A stretch of 64,000 bases of DNA from a virus (lineage: Duplodnaviria; Caudoviricetes). The notes under the pieces are model-generated. The model was not told the DNA's origin and did not search any database. It was given only the letters and a program-made list of their open reading frames with translations. Each line of letters starts with the position of its first letter. Positions within the stretch are counted from its first letter, which is position 1. The stretch lies in the IMG/VR virus record IMGVR_UViG_640069307_000003, positions 1 through 64,000 of that record; one strand, written 5' to 3'. Both the position numbers and the translations under genes were made by a program. This document shows, piece after piece, positions 34,161 to 43,225 of this stretch.

Positions 34161-35270
34161 ATGTGGTTCAAGAACCTCACGCTGTTCAAACTGACCGACT
34201 TCGCCATAGATGCACAGACGCTTTCCGACAAGCTCGCGAAAGCCGCATTCTCGCCCTGCACGGACCTTCAGGAAAAGTCAGTCGGCTTTGTCACGCCGCG
34301 CCCCGATAGCCCGCACGTCTATGCGGTCAACGGCGAATTCCTGATCGCACTGCGCACGCAAAAGCGCAACCTGCCCGGCTCGGTCGTGAAAGAGGAAGTG
34401 GCGCGCCGCGCGGCGGAGTATGAGAAGGAATACGGACACAAGCCCGGCCGCAAGATGCTGAAGGAACTCAAAGAGCAGTCCATCGACGCGCTCTTGCCGC
34501 AGGCGTTCAAGACAAGCCGCACCACGCACGCATGGATTTCGCCCAAGGCGGGCCTGCTCGTGATCGACACGGCATCTACGGCCATCGCCGACGATTTCAT
34601 TGGCGCGCTGCTGCGCGCGATTGAAGTGCCCGTCAAGCTGCATCCGCTCGCAACCAATACCGCGCCGAGCGCGGCCATGTCGAAATGGCTGCTCGACGAA
34701 CCGCCCTCGTTTCTCACCATCGACAGCGACGCCGTTTTCGTGACGACGCACGGCGGCAACATTAAGTATTCGAATACGCCCGTCGAGGGCGACGACGCCA
34801 AGCGCCAGCTTGAGGCAGGCCAGCGCGTGTCGAGCCTCGCGCTGACGTGGGATGACAAGGTTTCGTTCGTGCTCGCAGGCAAGGGAACCATCAAGCGCGT
34901 GAAGGCGCTCGACGTGCTCAAGGGCGAGGCCGCCGACAAGGCCGACGAGGATTCGTTCGCGTCTGATTTCCTGCTGATGGCGGGCACGCTCGCGCAGATG
35001 GTCGGCGAACTGGTCGAATCGCTTGGCGGCGAGCGCGAGCCGGAACACGATATCGCCGACGCAGCCGATGACAGCGACGATGAACTGTACGGCAAGGCCC
35101 GGCAGATCGTGATCGAGAACGAGCGCGCGTCTATCTCACTCGTGCAACGCCATTTGCGCATCGGCTATAACCGCGCCGCGCGACTGCTCGATTCGCTCGA
35201 ATCGCATGGGGTCGTCAGCGCGATGGATTCGAGCGGCAATCGCCGCGTGCTCGCAACGGAGGCAGCATGA
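34161..35270 (+). CDS. rdgC: RdgC fused to a C-terminal FtsK-gamma domain
   Basis: MWFKNLTLF...GFV.P RdgC N-terminus; C-terminal DELY..A...ASISLVQRHLRIGYNRAARLLD.LE..GVV. Confidence 0.88.
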   Translation: MWFKNLTLFKLTDFAIDAQTLSDKLAKAAFSPCTDLQEKSVGFVTPRPDSPHVYAVNGEFLIALRTQKRNLPGSVVKEEVARRAAEYEKEYGHKPGRKMLKELKEQSIDALLPQAFKTSRTTHAWISPKAGLLVIDTASTAIADDFIGALLRAIEVPVKLHPLATNTAPSAAMSKWLLDEPPSFLTIDSDAVFVTTHGGNIKYSNTPVEGDDAKRQLEAGQRVSSLALTWDDKVSFVLAGKGTIKRVKALDVLKGEAADKADEDSFASDFLLMAGTLAQMVGELVESLGGEREPEHDIADAADDSDDELYGKARQIVIENERASISLVQRHLRIGYNRAARLLDSLESHGVVSAMDSSGNRRVLATEAA

Positions 35271-36160
35271 AACTGCGCGAAACCAATCTCGTCAGCCTGA
35301 AGAAGATCGCCGAGGACAAGTCTCAGGACGCCATCGGCATCAAAAAGGTCACGCACTACATGCTGGACCCGCGCGCGATCCGCATTGAACCGGGCTTCAA
35401 CGCGCGCGACATGGTCAACATGAGCGAGCGCACTCGCGCGCACATCGACCAAATGAAGGTCGCGATTCGTGCGGGTACGGTCATGCCCGCAATGAAGGTA
35501 CGCGTGTCCGGCGACACCATCTATGTCGTCGAGGGCCACTGCCGCCTGACCGCGTACATGGAACTGATCGCCGAGGGCCTTGAAATCCTGCTCGTTCCGG
35601 TCGAGCAGTTCAACGGCAACGACGAGGACCGCGATTTTGAAGTCCTGAATAGCGCGAGCCAGTTGCACCTGACGCGCCTCGAACAGGGCCGCATCTACAA
35701 GCGCCGCGTCGCGTTCGGTTGGTCGGTCGCGCAGATCGCCGCACGCGCGTTCAAGTCGGCGAGTTTCGTCGAGCAAAACCTGATGCTCGCGAACGCCGAT
35801 TCGGACGTGCAACGCCTGCTCGAAGCCGACAAGGTATCGGTCAAGGTCGCACTGGACGCCATCCGCAAGCACGGCGACAAGGCTGGCGCGAAGCTCGCCG
35901 CCCGCATCGAGTCAGAAGGCGGCGCGAAGCTGACCGGCGCGAGCCTCACGCGCGCGCTGCCGTCCAAGGTCGTGCGCAATGTCACGGCCGCCGTAAGCGA
36001 CCTTTTCGGCGACACACAGAGCATGTGGGCCGCGCGCATCCGCGAGTGCTCCGATAGTGGCGCAGTTCAGATGATGGTGCCGGTATCAGTCATGCGCGCG
36101 CTGCTCGACGCGCACGAGGCCGCCACGCACGCCAGCGCGCCTGCAAAGGAGGCCGCGTGA
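35267..36160 (+). CDS. ParB/Srx-like N-terminal domain protein (phage type)
   Basis: EPGFNAR...YVVEGHCRLTA motif. Confidence 0.7.
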   Translation: MKLRETNLVSLKKIAEDKSQDAIGIKKVTHYMLDPRAIRIEPGFNARDMVNMSERTRAHIDQMKVAIRAGTVMPAMKVRVSGDTIYVVEGHCRLTAYMELIAEGLEILLVPVEQFNGNDEDRDFEVLNSASQLHLTRLEQGRIYKRRVAFGWSVAQIAARAFKSASFVEQNLMLANADSDVQRLLEADKVSVKVALDAIRKHGDKAGAKLAARIESEGGAKLTGASLTRALPSKVVRNVTAAVSDLFGDTQSMWAARIRECSDSGAVQMMVPVSVMRALLDAHEAATHASAPAKEAA

Positions 36161-36558
36161 GCACGGAACGCGTCAACACGGGCGAATATTTCACGATAGA
36201 GCAGGCAAGCGCGCATGCCGCCGAGTTTTGCCGCAAGCACCCGGCATGGATTCGTGTGTGCGACATGCCCGACACGGAAGAAGTGAATCGCGCGCTCTAC
36301 GTCCATTGGGACGAGTTGAGCAAGCGTGCTCAGGACTACTGGGGCAGCGAGTATGCCTATAACGAATTCGCGACGAAGCGCTGCAAGGTCAAGCAGGGCG
36401 TGATGACCGGCAAGGGCGAGCTGTACGACAGCATTATCCAAGCGCCCTTGTTCCACAACGTCATGTGCATGTACCGGGTCGGCGTAAGCCGGGCGCGGGA
36501 ATGGTCCGCGCAGCGCGCGAAAGAACGTGAGGAGGAGCGTGCGAAATGGAGCAAGTGA
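36157..36558 (+). CDS. Hypothetical phage protein
   Basis: AGGAGG RBS, GTG start. Confidence 0.6.
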   Translation: MSTERVNTGEYFTIEQASAHAAEFCRKHPAWIRVCDMPDTEEVNRALYVHWDELSKRAQDYWGSEYAYNEFATKRCKVKQGVMTGKGELYDSIIQAPLFHNVMCMYRVGVSRAREWSAQRAKEREEERAKWSK

Positions 36559-36986
36559 CCCTGCCGCCACCCATCGTGCCGGTCGAGGACCGTAGCGCAT
36601 GGCAATGCCCGTCGCACGGCGCGGGTACGCCGCTACGCCTGTTCGGCTCGACCCTGCATTGCGTGCTATGCGGCGAGCAGTGCGAGCCGCGCCCGTCCGT
36701 CATCGCCGCGCAGCGCCACGCAGCGCGCGTGGTGCCCACCGTCGGCACGGTTCGCGGCGCACCACCCGCCCGCAACGGCTGCTATGACCGGCCCGCCAGC
36801 GCCCCGCCCTACTTTGCTCAGGACGGGTACGAGGAGGCGGTAGATCAGGGGTGGGGCACTTTCCACCGCACGACCCGTTACATCGAGGTCGAGCACGTCA
36901 TGAGCGAGGATTGCCAATACAGCGAGCACACTGTCGACCCGAAGTGTGCGGGCTGCCGATGGAACAAACAGGAGGCCAGCAAGTGA
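36546..36986 (+). CDS. Cys-rich hypothetical phage protein
   Basis: GGAGGAG RBS; CPSH..CVLC, C..Y....DPKCAGC. Confidence 0.6.
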   Translation: MEQVTLPPPIVPVEDRSAWQCPSHGAGTPLRLFGSTLHCVLCGEQCEPRPSVIAAQRHAARVVPTVGTVRGAPPARNGCYDRPASAPPYFAQDGYEEAVDQGWGTFHRTTRYIEVEHVMSEDCQYSEHTVDPKCAGCRWNKQEASK

Positions 36987-37207
36987 TACGCGTTATCAGC
37001 GAACTGCCTACGTGGGCGCTCGCATGGGCACTCGCCTTCGCCTTTCTCGCCATGCAGGCGCACATGCGCGACGTTGAGAACCGACCACACCAGTCTGGCA
37101 ACAGAATGCCCTGTGACGACCGCGCCGATCTGCACTCGACCGGGTCAAATCAATACCGTACACGCCTGACCTATTGCAGCCGAACCCACCCGAGCCTAGC
37201 CGCGTAA
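36983..37207 (+). CDS. Small membrane-anchored protein
   Basis: AGGAGG RBS, GTG start, hydrophobic N-terminus. Confidence 0.4.
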   Translation: MIRVISELPTWALAWALAFAFLAMQAHMRDVENRPHQSGNRMPCDDRADLHSTGSNQYRTRLTYCSRTHPSLAA

Positions 37208-37860
37208 AACCACCACATACCCGACCTTACCTATACAAACCGCGTAACACCTATACGATCCTGTATTGACCTAAACTGTTCTGTACAGGTTTGCCACCCC
37301 CCCCATCGAACTGACGCCCTTACACCCAACGCAAAGACGCTCATTTCGACCCGAATCCGTGTGTTTGGACAGATTTCGACCGATTCAAGCCAGAATTGGT
37401 CAGAAGCCCTTCCCTCACACGGATTTTTCATTTGTTCGAGCCAGAATCGAACGCACGAAACCCGAACAAACAAAGCCTGAATTGACAAAACCGCTAGTGT
37501 TTCGACTGATTTTAGTCAATTTTGACGGAAACAAGCCTTTACACGCTCGGTTTTTACAAAATAGGTCCAGTTTTGTCTGTTTCGTACACTCCTCACCCGG
37601 CCAGAATCGACCACACCCAACCAAACCCACCCAAACCAAACCTATATTGGTTAGGTGTGTACTGTACAGGTGTATATAGGTGTGTTTTGACTTGGTTCGG
37701 TCGAGTGTCGTTCATTTTCTTCTGGTTTGACCTGATCTGGTCTGACTCAAAGTGTTTCGTATTGAACACATCGAACCGAGTTGATCTTAGTCCGGCCAGT
37801 ACAGGCCACATCTGACGTTGTGTGAAATGGTCCGTTCAAGTATAAGGATACTGATACAAT
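37199..37860. repeat. AT-richer non-coding region of degenerate 5/10-bp periodic repeats; candidate partition centromere
   Basis: 10-bp phased units from 37229 (ACCTATACAA, ACCGCGTAAC, ACCTATACGA, TCCTGTATTG, ACCTAAACTG, TTCTGTACAG); (CCAAA)n at 37611-37645; inverted AGGTGT units at 37653-37683; directly upstream of parA. Confidence 0.6.
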
Positions 37861-37899
37861 TCGCACCGCATCAGACTCGAACGATAAGGACCGGACCGA

Positions 37900-38577
37900 A
37901 TGCCTATCTACCTGTTCGCCCATACCAAGGGCGGCGTCACCAAGACGACGACTGCCATCAACATGGCCGCCATGCGCGCGGCCGACGGCCGCCGCGTGCT
38001 CCTCGTGGACAGCGATTCGGGCCAGTCCGCAACCGGCTTCGTCAATACGCGCAAGCTCAAGGGCTTGCCCGACATTCCGCATGTCTCGCTTGTCTCGTAT
38101 CTGACCGATGACGAAGGCTGGTATCGCATCGACGGCGACATTCTGAAGCTCGCGAAGTCGGGCAGGTATGACGACATTCTGATCGACGCGGGCGGGGAAG
38201 GGCACGGCTCACCCGAGATTCGCGCTGCGCTCACCGTCGCTGACAAGGTCGTGACGCCGTGCGGAACGTCGAGCGTGGACACGGTGCGCCTCGCTCCGAT
38301 GAACAGCATGATCGGCGAAGCGCGCACGCTCAATCCGAAGCTGAAGGCGTTTCTATTCGCCTCGCGCGCGAGCACGAATGCGCGCTCGTCTGACGTAATC
38401 GAGTTCTACAAGGACGTGGCGAAGTTCCGCAACTACACGGTCATGGAGTCCGTCATCCGCGCCCGCGACTGCTACACGAAGTGGGAAAAAACCGGCGAGG
38501 CCGTTTTCGAGCAGAAGCGCGGCATCAAGGCCGCCATGCAGGAAATGGCCGACCTGTACAAAGAGGTGTTCGCATGA
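37900..38577 (+). CDS. parA: ParA partition ATPase (short, type Ib-like)
   Basis: KGGVTKTT deviant Walker [15 protein letters not shown]. Confidence 0.9.
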   Translation: MPIYLFAHTKGGVTKTTTAINMAAMRAADGRRVLLVDSDSGQSATGFVNTRKLKGLPDIPHVSLVSYLTDDEGWYRIDGDILKLAKSGRYDDILIDAGGEGHGSPEIRAALTVADKVVTPCGTSSVDTVRLAPMNSMIGEARTLNPKLKAFLFASRASTNARSSDVIEFYKDVAKFRNYTVMESVIRARDCYTKWEKTGEAVFEQKRGIKAAMQEMADLYKEVFA

Positions 38578-39071
38578 CCGACAAGCCATTGAGCGCCGCC
38601 GAGGCGAAACGCGCGCGAGAATTGGAAGCCCGACGGGCCATGTTCACGCAGGGCGATGCGCGCCCGGCAAATACCGACCTTTCGACCATTCTCGGACCGG
38701 AGGAGGGCGCGCAGAAGGGCATGACGACCGAGGAGCCGCCCGCCGATACGGCCGCGCCGGAACCAGCCGCGCAGGAGGCCGCAGAAGCGTCCGCCATGCC
38801 CGCGGACACCCCGAACCCCATGCCGACGGCAGAAAAGCCCGCCAAGGCCCCAAAAACCGCCTCACCGGGGAACCGGAAAGCGGAACGTAAGCCGTGGGAT
38901 GAATACCTGCCGACAGAGGCAAAGGGTTTTACGACCAAATTCGACCCGGAGCTACACGCGAAACTGGTCTGGATTACCGAAAACGTGCCGAAAATGTCGA
39001 TTCAGAAGATCGTCAAGGCGGCCGTTGCCGAGTTCGCCGACAAAACCATCGCGGAGCGATACAAGCCATGA
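38574..39071 (+). CDS. Partition adaptor with disordered N-terminus and C-terminal ribbon-helix-helix (copy 1)
   Basis: RKPW...[17 protein letters not shown]...[10 protein letters not shown]; ATGA-coupled to parA. Confidence 0.7.
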   Translation: MTDKPLSAAEAKRARELEARRAMFTQGDARPANTDLSTILGPEEGAQKGMTTEEPPADTAAPEPAAQEAAEASAMPADTPNPMPTAEKPAKAPKTASPGNRKAERKPWDEYLPTEAKGFTTKFDPELHAKLVWITENVPKMSIQKIVKAAVAEFADKTIAERYKP

Positions 39072-39412
39072 ACGTGCGATACGAACTGAAGAAGGGCGTT
39101 CGTCTGAGCGCCGAGGACGTGACCATCGTGCCGGTGGAGCAGCCGCGTGCCGACGCGCCCACACGCGATGCACGACAGGTGCCGCTCGACCTGAAGCCGC
39201 GGCCCGAGCGCGAGCGCCGACCGTGGGAGGACGCAAACCCGCGCGTCAAAACGTCGATCCGCCTCGAAATGGACGAAGTGCTGAAGCTCAAGCTCGACTG
39301 GATCAAAGAGCACTTCCCGAACAGCGCCATCAGCGCGGTTTGCCGCCGTGCCGTCGAGAAAGAGGCCGCGCGCCTAATCGCCGAATGGGATGCAACGCAT
39401 CCGAGCGCCTAA
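39068..39412 (+). CDS. Second ribbon-helix-helix protein (copy 2)
   Basis: RRPW...TSIRLEMDEVLKLKLDWI...SAVCRRAV; paralogue of the upstream gene. Confidence 0.7.
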   Translation: MNVRYELKKGVRLSAEDVTIVPVEQPRADAPTRDARQVPLDLKPRPERERRPWEDANPRVKTSIRLEMDEVLKLKLDWIKEHFPNSAISAVCRRAVEKEAARLIAEWDATHPSA

Positions 39413-39413
39413 G

Positions 39414-39427
39414 ATAGGAATGTCTAT
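39414..39427. promoter_or_regulatory. Repressor operator ATAGG-AATG-TCTAT
   Basis: 13/14 match to the palindrome; right after the par operon. Confidence 0.6.
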
Positions 39428-39431
39428 CGCC

Positions 39432-39470
39432 AAACCCGACGAGCCTCGCGCCGTCGGGTTTTTTGTTTTT
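39432..39470 (+). terminator. Rho-independent terminator of the par operon
   Basis: AAACCCGACG...CGTCGGGTTT plus T runs. Confidence 0.75.
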
Positions 39471-39479
39471 TGGGGGTGT

Positions 39480-39910
39480 CTCTTCTAAAAAGCAACAACA
39501 TCCGGTTGTTGACCTTTAGAAAAACAACACCTTTAAAAACCTTTAGGAGCGCGAGATCCTTGCCTGACAAGGGATTGCCGGGAGATACAGCATACTTTTC
39601 GGGACCAAAGAGCATAGTTTAGGGGACGGTTCGCCGACCAAAGAGCATAGTCTGCGGGATAGAGCATAGTTCTCGGGATAGGCCATAGCCTCGACCAGAA
39701 AACGCACGTAACTACATGATTTAAAATGATATAGATGCTTCTATATGCCGCCCTCCGAGATGTCAAGAGCATAGTATTCGGGGCATAGAGCATAGTTTGC
39801 GGGACGAGCGCACCGCGGACGCGCCATAGAGCATAGTTTGCGGGATGGAGCGCCCACTAGCATAGAGCATAGTTTGCGGGATAACTTAAAGCATAGTTCT
39901 ATCTTGCGGA
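39480..39910. repeat. Plasmid origin: AT-rich repeats plus about 8 iterons (AGAGCATAGTTTGCGGGA consensus)
   Basis: AAAACAACA/CCTTTA repeats at 39480-39550; AGCATAGT cores near 39611, 39641, 39661, 39765, 39787, 39827, 39863 and 39888; directly upstream of repA. Confidence 0.85.
39731..39744. promoter_or_regulatory. Repressor operator ATAGA-TGCT-TCTAT inside the iteron array
   Basis: Perfect half-sites between two iteron clusters. Confidence 0.7.
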
Positions 39911-39958
39911 TATGCTTTACACCATCTACACTTCCCGGCATCGAAAGAGGGGATTGAG

Positions 39959-41167
39959 ATGGGAAAGGTTATCAAGAGCAAGGCGTCAGCCGTTGACACT
40001 CGCTCGCCCGAACTGGCGAAGCTCGACGAGCGCGAGCTACGAAAGCATGTCGCGACAATCCATGTCAGCGGCAGTCTGTCGCTCGTTGAACGCAAAATCG
40101 TCAACGTCCTTTTGCTGCACGCATACGACGATCTGCTCACAAAACGCGAGCACACAATGTCGGTGCGGTTCCTTTGCGAGGCCATCGGATGGGACAGCAG
40201 CAACGACCATAAGAAGCTCGCCGAAGCGGCCGAAAACATCATGCGGAACATCGTGACCGTCAACATGTTTTCCGACGGCAGCGAGGAATGGAAGAAAACC
40301 GCGCTCGTGTCGTCTGTTGGCGTGAAGAATGGTCGCGTGACCTACGCCTACATCGAATGGCTTGCAGAGCGCCTTGCGCGCCCGGAGGTATTCGCCGCCA
40401 TTGATATCAAGATTCAACGCCGGTTCAAGAGCGGCTATGCGCTCGCGCTCTACGAGAACTGCATCCGGTTCAAGGGCGTCGGTCAAACCCGGTACGCGCC
40501 CGTCGATACGTGGAAGGAGATTCTTGGCGCGACGGGAAAAATGTACGAGGAGTATCGGCACTTTTCGAACCACGTTCTGAAAACCGCAATCAAGGAAATC
40601 AACGACGTAGCGGATATCGACGTAGACCTGCGCGTGAAGAAGGATGGCAGGCGGATCGTTGAGATTCAATTCGGCGTGAAAGAGAAGGCGCAGGCCGAAC
40701 TCCCATTTGAAGGCGACCCGAAGGAGGAGCAGACGCGCGAGGAGTTGCAGCGCATCGGCATTGGCGCGAACACCATCAAGCGCATTCTCGCCAAGAACCC
40801 ATCGCGCGCATGGCTCGCAGCGAAGGTCACGCGCGAGCGCGAGACGGCCGGGAAAATCAAGGATTCGGCGGCAGGCTATTTCATGAGCATCTTCGAGAGC
40901 GATTCCGTTCTCGAACTGCCCGCCGAGCCACCCAAACCGGAGCAGAAAGAACCCGCACGACCATCTGCCGAGGAGCTAGAGAAAGACCGGAAAGCGGATG
41001 CCGCACGCAAGGCTACAGCGGCACTCACCGAGGAGAAGCGGGCCGAACTGCGCGCGGCCTACATCGCGAATAATCCGGACGCGGCATACAACGAGGAAAC
41101 CGGGAGGTGGAACAAGGCGGCTCACACGACCGGGTATCGGGCGTTCGAGCGAGCGCAGAGCGTATAA
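39959..41167 (+). CDS. repA: Plasmid replication initiator (Rep_3/RepB-like)
   Basis: LSLVERKIVNVLL, KSGYALALYE, F...VLK.AI.EIN motifs; downstream of iterons. Confidence 0.88.
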   Translation: MGKVIKSKASAVDTRSPELAKLDERELRKHVATIHVSGSLSLVERKIVNVLLLHAYDDLLTKREHTMSVRFLCEAIGWDSSNDHKKLAEAAENIMRNIVTVNMFSDGSEEWKKTALVSSVGVKNGRVTYAYIEWLAERLARPEVFAAIDIKIQRRFKSGYALALYENCIRFKGVGQTRYAPVDTWKEILGATGKMYEEYRHFSNHVLKTAIKEINDVADIDVDLRVKKDGRRIVEIQFGVKEKAQAELPFEGDPKEEQTREELQRIGIGANTIKRILAKNPSRAWLAAKVTRERETAGKIKDSAAGYFMSIFESDSVLELPAEPPKPEQKEPARPSAEELEKDRKADAARKATAALTEEKRAELRAAYIANNPDAAYNEETGRWNKAAHTTGYRAFERAQSV

Positions 41168-41170
41168 GAC

Positions 41171-41195
41171 AAGGCCCGCACGAATGCGGGCCTTT
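41171..41195. terminator. Bidirectional terminator between repA and the lysis operon
   Basis: AAGGCCCGCA-CGAA-TGCGGGCCTT. Confidence 0.75.
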
Positions 41196-41197
41196 CG

Positions 41198-41848
41198 TCA
41201 GGTTGTCGCCGCGCTGGCGGCCTGCGGCGTGTCAGCCTTCATAGGTGGGTCCGCGAGGATCGGCGGCGGCACGTAGTCGGGCGGCGCGGGCATAAATCCA
41301 TGCTTGACCGCCCATTCCTGCACGGTCCTGAAATCCTCGACTATCGCGTCGGCTTCATGGGCGGAGGCGCGAAGGTGTCGTTGAGTGTCGTCAGGAAGTG
41401 CGACGGTGGCGGCAATCCACGCATCATAGCGGCCGGGACTTGCGGCTTGGGTTCCGGCAGGCACGCTGCCACTACCGGCGCTTGCGGCTGCTGTGCAGAC
41501 GGTGGTTGGAATGCGCAGCCCGCCGTATTCGCGAGCAGCAGCATCGAGAGCAGCAATACGCTGCCTGAGCGAAGAAACGGCTTTTTCATGGTCCTGTTGC
41601 ACCTGTAGGTTGTTCGCGTCGATTTTCGCCTGCTTCGCCGCGTTGTCCTCGGCACGCTTCTGCGTTGCCGCGGACTCGAACGCCGTGCGGGCGACTTCTT
41701 TTTGCTGCCATACCGTGCGCTCTGCCAGTTGCCCCGCCTGATACGACGCCGATAGCTGGCCGTCGTACCAATGCAGGACAAAATAGCCAAGCGCGCCGAC
41801 TGCCGCGAGCAGCAGCGCGGCAATCGCCAACTTCACATACCCGCTCAT
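41198..41848 (-). CDS. Rz-like i-spanin
   Basis: N-terminal TM segment, periplasmic coiled coil, embedded lipoprotein gene. Confidence 0.8.
   Translation of the reverse strand: MSGYVKLAIAALLLAAVGALGYFVLHWYDGQLSASYQAGQLAERTVWQQKEVARTAFESAATQKRAEDNAAKQAKIDANNLQVQQDHEKAVSSLRQRIAALDAAAREYGGLRIPTTVCTAAASAGSGSVPAGTQAASPGRYDAWIAATVALPDDTQRHLRASAHEADAIVEDFRTVQEWAVKHGFMPAPPDYVPPPILADPPMKADTPQAASAATT
41341..41589 (-). CDS. Rz1-like o-spanin embedded in Rz
   Basis: Alternate frame; signal peptide MKKPFLRSGSVLLLSMLLL with lipobox TAGC; Pro-rich mature part. Confidence 0.75.
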   Translation of the reverse strand: MKKPFLRSGSVLLLSMLLLANTAGCAFQPPSAQQPQAPVVAACLPEPKPQVPAAMMRGLPPPSHFLTTLNDTFAPPPMKPTR

Positions 41849-42174
41849 TCGTGTCCGTCTCCTTCAAAGTGATGGATGGTGGTGGTGCTCGAAAACACGT
41901 AGCCCTCGACGCCGTAGCGCTTCGCGACCCAAAGCGGAAATGGCATGTCGTGAATGCCGTCGTTCTTCGCCGTAGGGTAGTGGTGCGCTTCGAGCGGATG
42001 GCCGCTTTCCTCTGCCGTCGCGCCGGAAATCCAGCAACGCCCGCCCTCGCGCTCTATGAGCTGCTTTTTCGAGTGCGAGAAAAGCGCCGTCGTCGTGCGC
42101 GCCTCGTGGCCCGGAATGTTGACCTCGACCGAGAGCGTTTCGCGCTCGACGTGGACCTGCGTAACCTCACTCAT
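41845..42174 (-). CDS. HNH-like accessory protein in the lysis cassette, apparently shortened
   Basis: GGRCWISG...LEAHH...GIHDMPFP; start MSEVTQ overlaps the endolysin stop. Confidence 0.55.
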   Translation of the reverse strand: MSEVTQVHVERETLSVEVNIPGHEARTTTALFSHSKKQLIEREGGRCWISGATAEESGHPLEAHHYPTAKNDGIHDMPFPLWVAKRYGVEGYVFSSTTTIHHFEGDGHE

Positions 42175-42812
42175 ACAATCACTTCCTTTGCGATTTGCCA
42201 CAGACCAAGGCGCTCGTTCGCGCCAATGCTGCCGCCGTTGATAACCTTGGTCGTACCCGCGAAATTGCCGCTGTCCGCAAGCTGGTTCAGGTTGTGCGCA
42301 TTCCAGAACCACGCAGCAGACTGGCAGGCATGCTCAGGCTGTTCGAGCAGTTCCGGGTGCTCGATAACGTCGAGGTGGAGCGCCATCAAGCAGGCGACGT
42401 AATTCGCCTTGCCGGTGATCTGAAATCCGCCGCGCCCGCGGTATTTCCAGCCGTCGCCGCTCGCCTCGTTGCCGTTGCCGAGTCGGTCGGCATACACGTT
42501 GTTTGCGATGGCGACAGGGTTGCGATTCAGGCGCATGGCGAGCGTGTTGGGCGCGCCCGCGGCCTTGCCGGTGGTTGAATAGCGGTTCGGCCAGGTATTC
42601 GCCAATCCTTGCGCCGAGTAGTTGAGGTTTTCGACAAGGCGCGATAGCTGACCGGTTTCATGCGCGAACTGCGCGAGGAACATTTCCACGCGCTGCTCCG
42701 TCGTGATTCCCCATTGCTGCATTGCCGCGTTCAGCGGATCGACGAACGCAGGGATGATGCGCGCCGCGAGCGGCATGATCCGCTGAAGCTGCGATGCCGT
42801 GACGACCGTCAT
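42171..42812 (-). CDS. Endolysin, glycoside hydrolase family 19
   Basis: FLAQFAHET, ENLNYSA, GDGWKYRGRG..QITGKANY, SAAWFW, INGG. Confidence 0.92.
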   Translation of the reverse strand: MTVVTASQLQRIMPLAARIIPAFVDPLNAAMQQWGITTEQRVEMFLAQFAHETGQLSRLVENLNYSAQGLANTWPNRYSTTGKAAGAPNTLAMRLNRNPVAIANNVYADRLGNGNEASGDGWKYRGRGGFQITGKANYVACLMALHLDVIEHPELLEQPEHACQSAAWFWNAHNLNQLADSGNFAGTTKVINGGSIGANERLGLWQIAKEVIV

Positions 42813-43225
42813 TGAGCCCCCCCGCCAACAAACTTCGAGAGACGGTCAATCAGAGCGGACAAGACGGGTTCGAGCACACGCGAGCCACCATAGCCTGCGA
42901 GCGTAATCAGCCCTGCCTGCGCGACCGCAGCCCAGTTGAAGTACGAGCCGATACAGAAAACGAGCAGGCCCGCCACAATCGAATTGAGCACGTCGCGAAT
43001 GATCGTCTTGACAGGGCTGACAATCGTCACGGCCGGGTCCGCGATTTTCTGCGCGGTGAATGCTGCGCCGCCGATGATCGACAGCAGGCACGAGATTGCA
43101 ACCGCGACGGGCGGAATGTCGCTCAGGTCATGTACGAAAGTCGCTTGTGCGGCATAGGCCGCGACCGACCAGAACAGCATCAGCCAGATAAACACGAGGC
43201 GCTTTAGTTGCAGGCTTGCAGGCAT
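42809..43225 (-). CDS. Putative holin
   Basis: 3-4 TM segments directly upstream of the endolysin. Confidence 0.7.
   Translation of the reverse strand: MPASLQLKRLVFIWLMLFWSVAAYAAQATFVHDLSDIPPVAVAISCLLSIIGGAAFTAQKIADPAVTIVSPVKTIIRDVLNSIVAGLLVFCIGSYFNWAAVAQAGLITLAGYGGSRVLEPVLSALIDRLSKFVGGGAQ

Noticed and set aside
39590-39910. CRISPR array
   Set aside because: Repeats are about 18 bp with short irregular gaps, lie directly before repA, and no cas genes are present. These are iterons.
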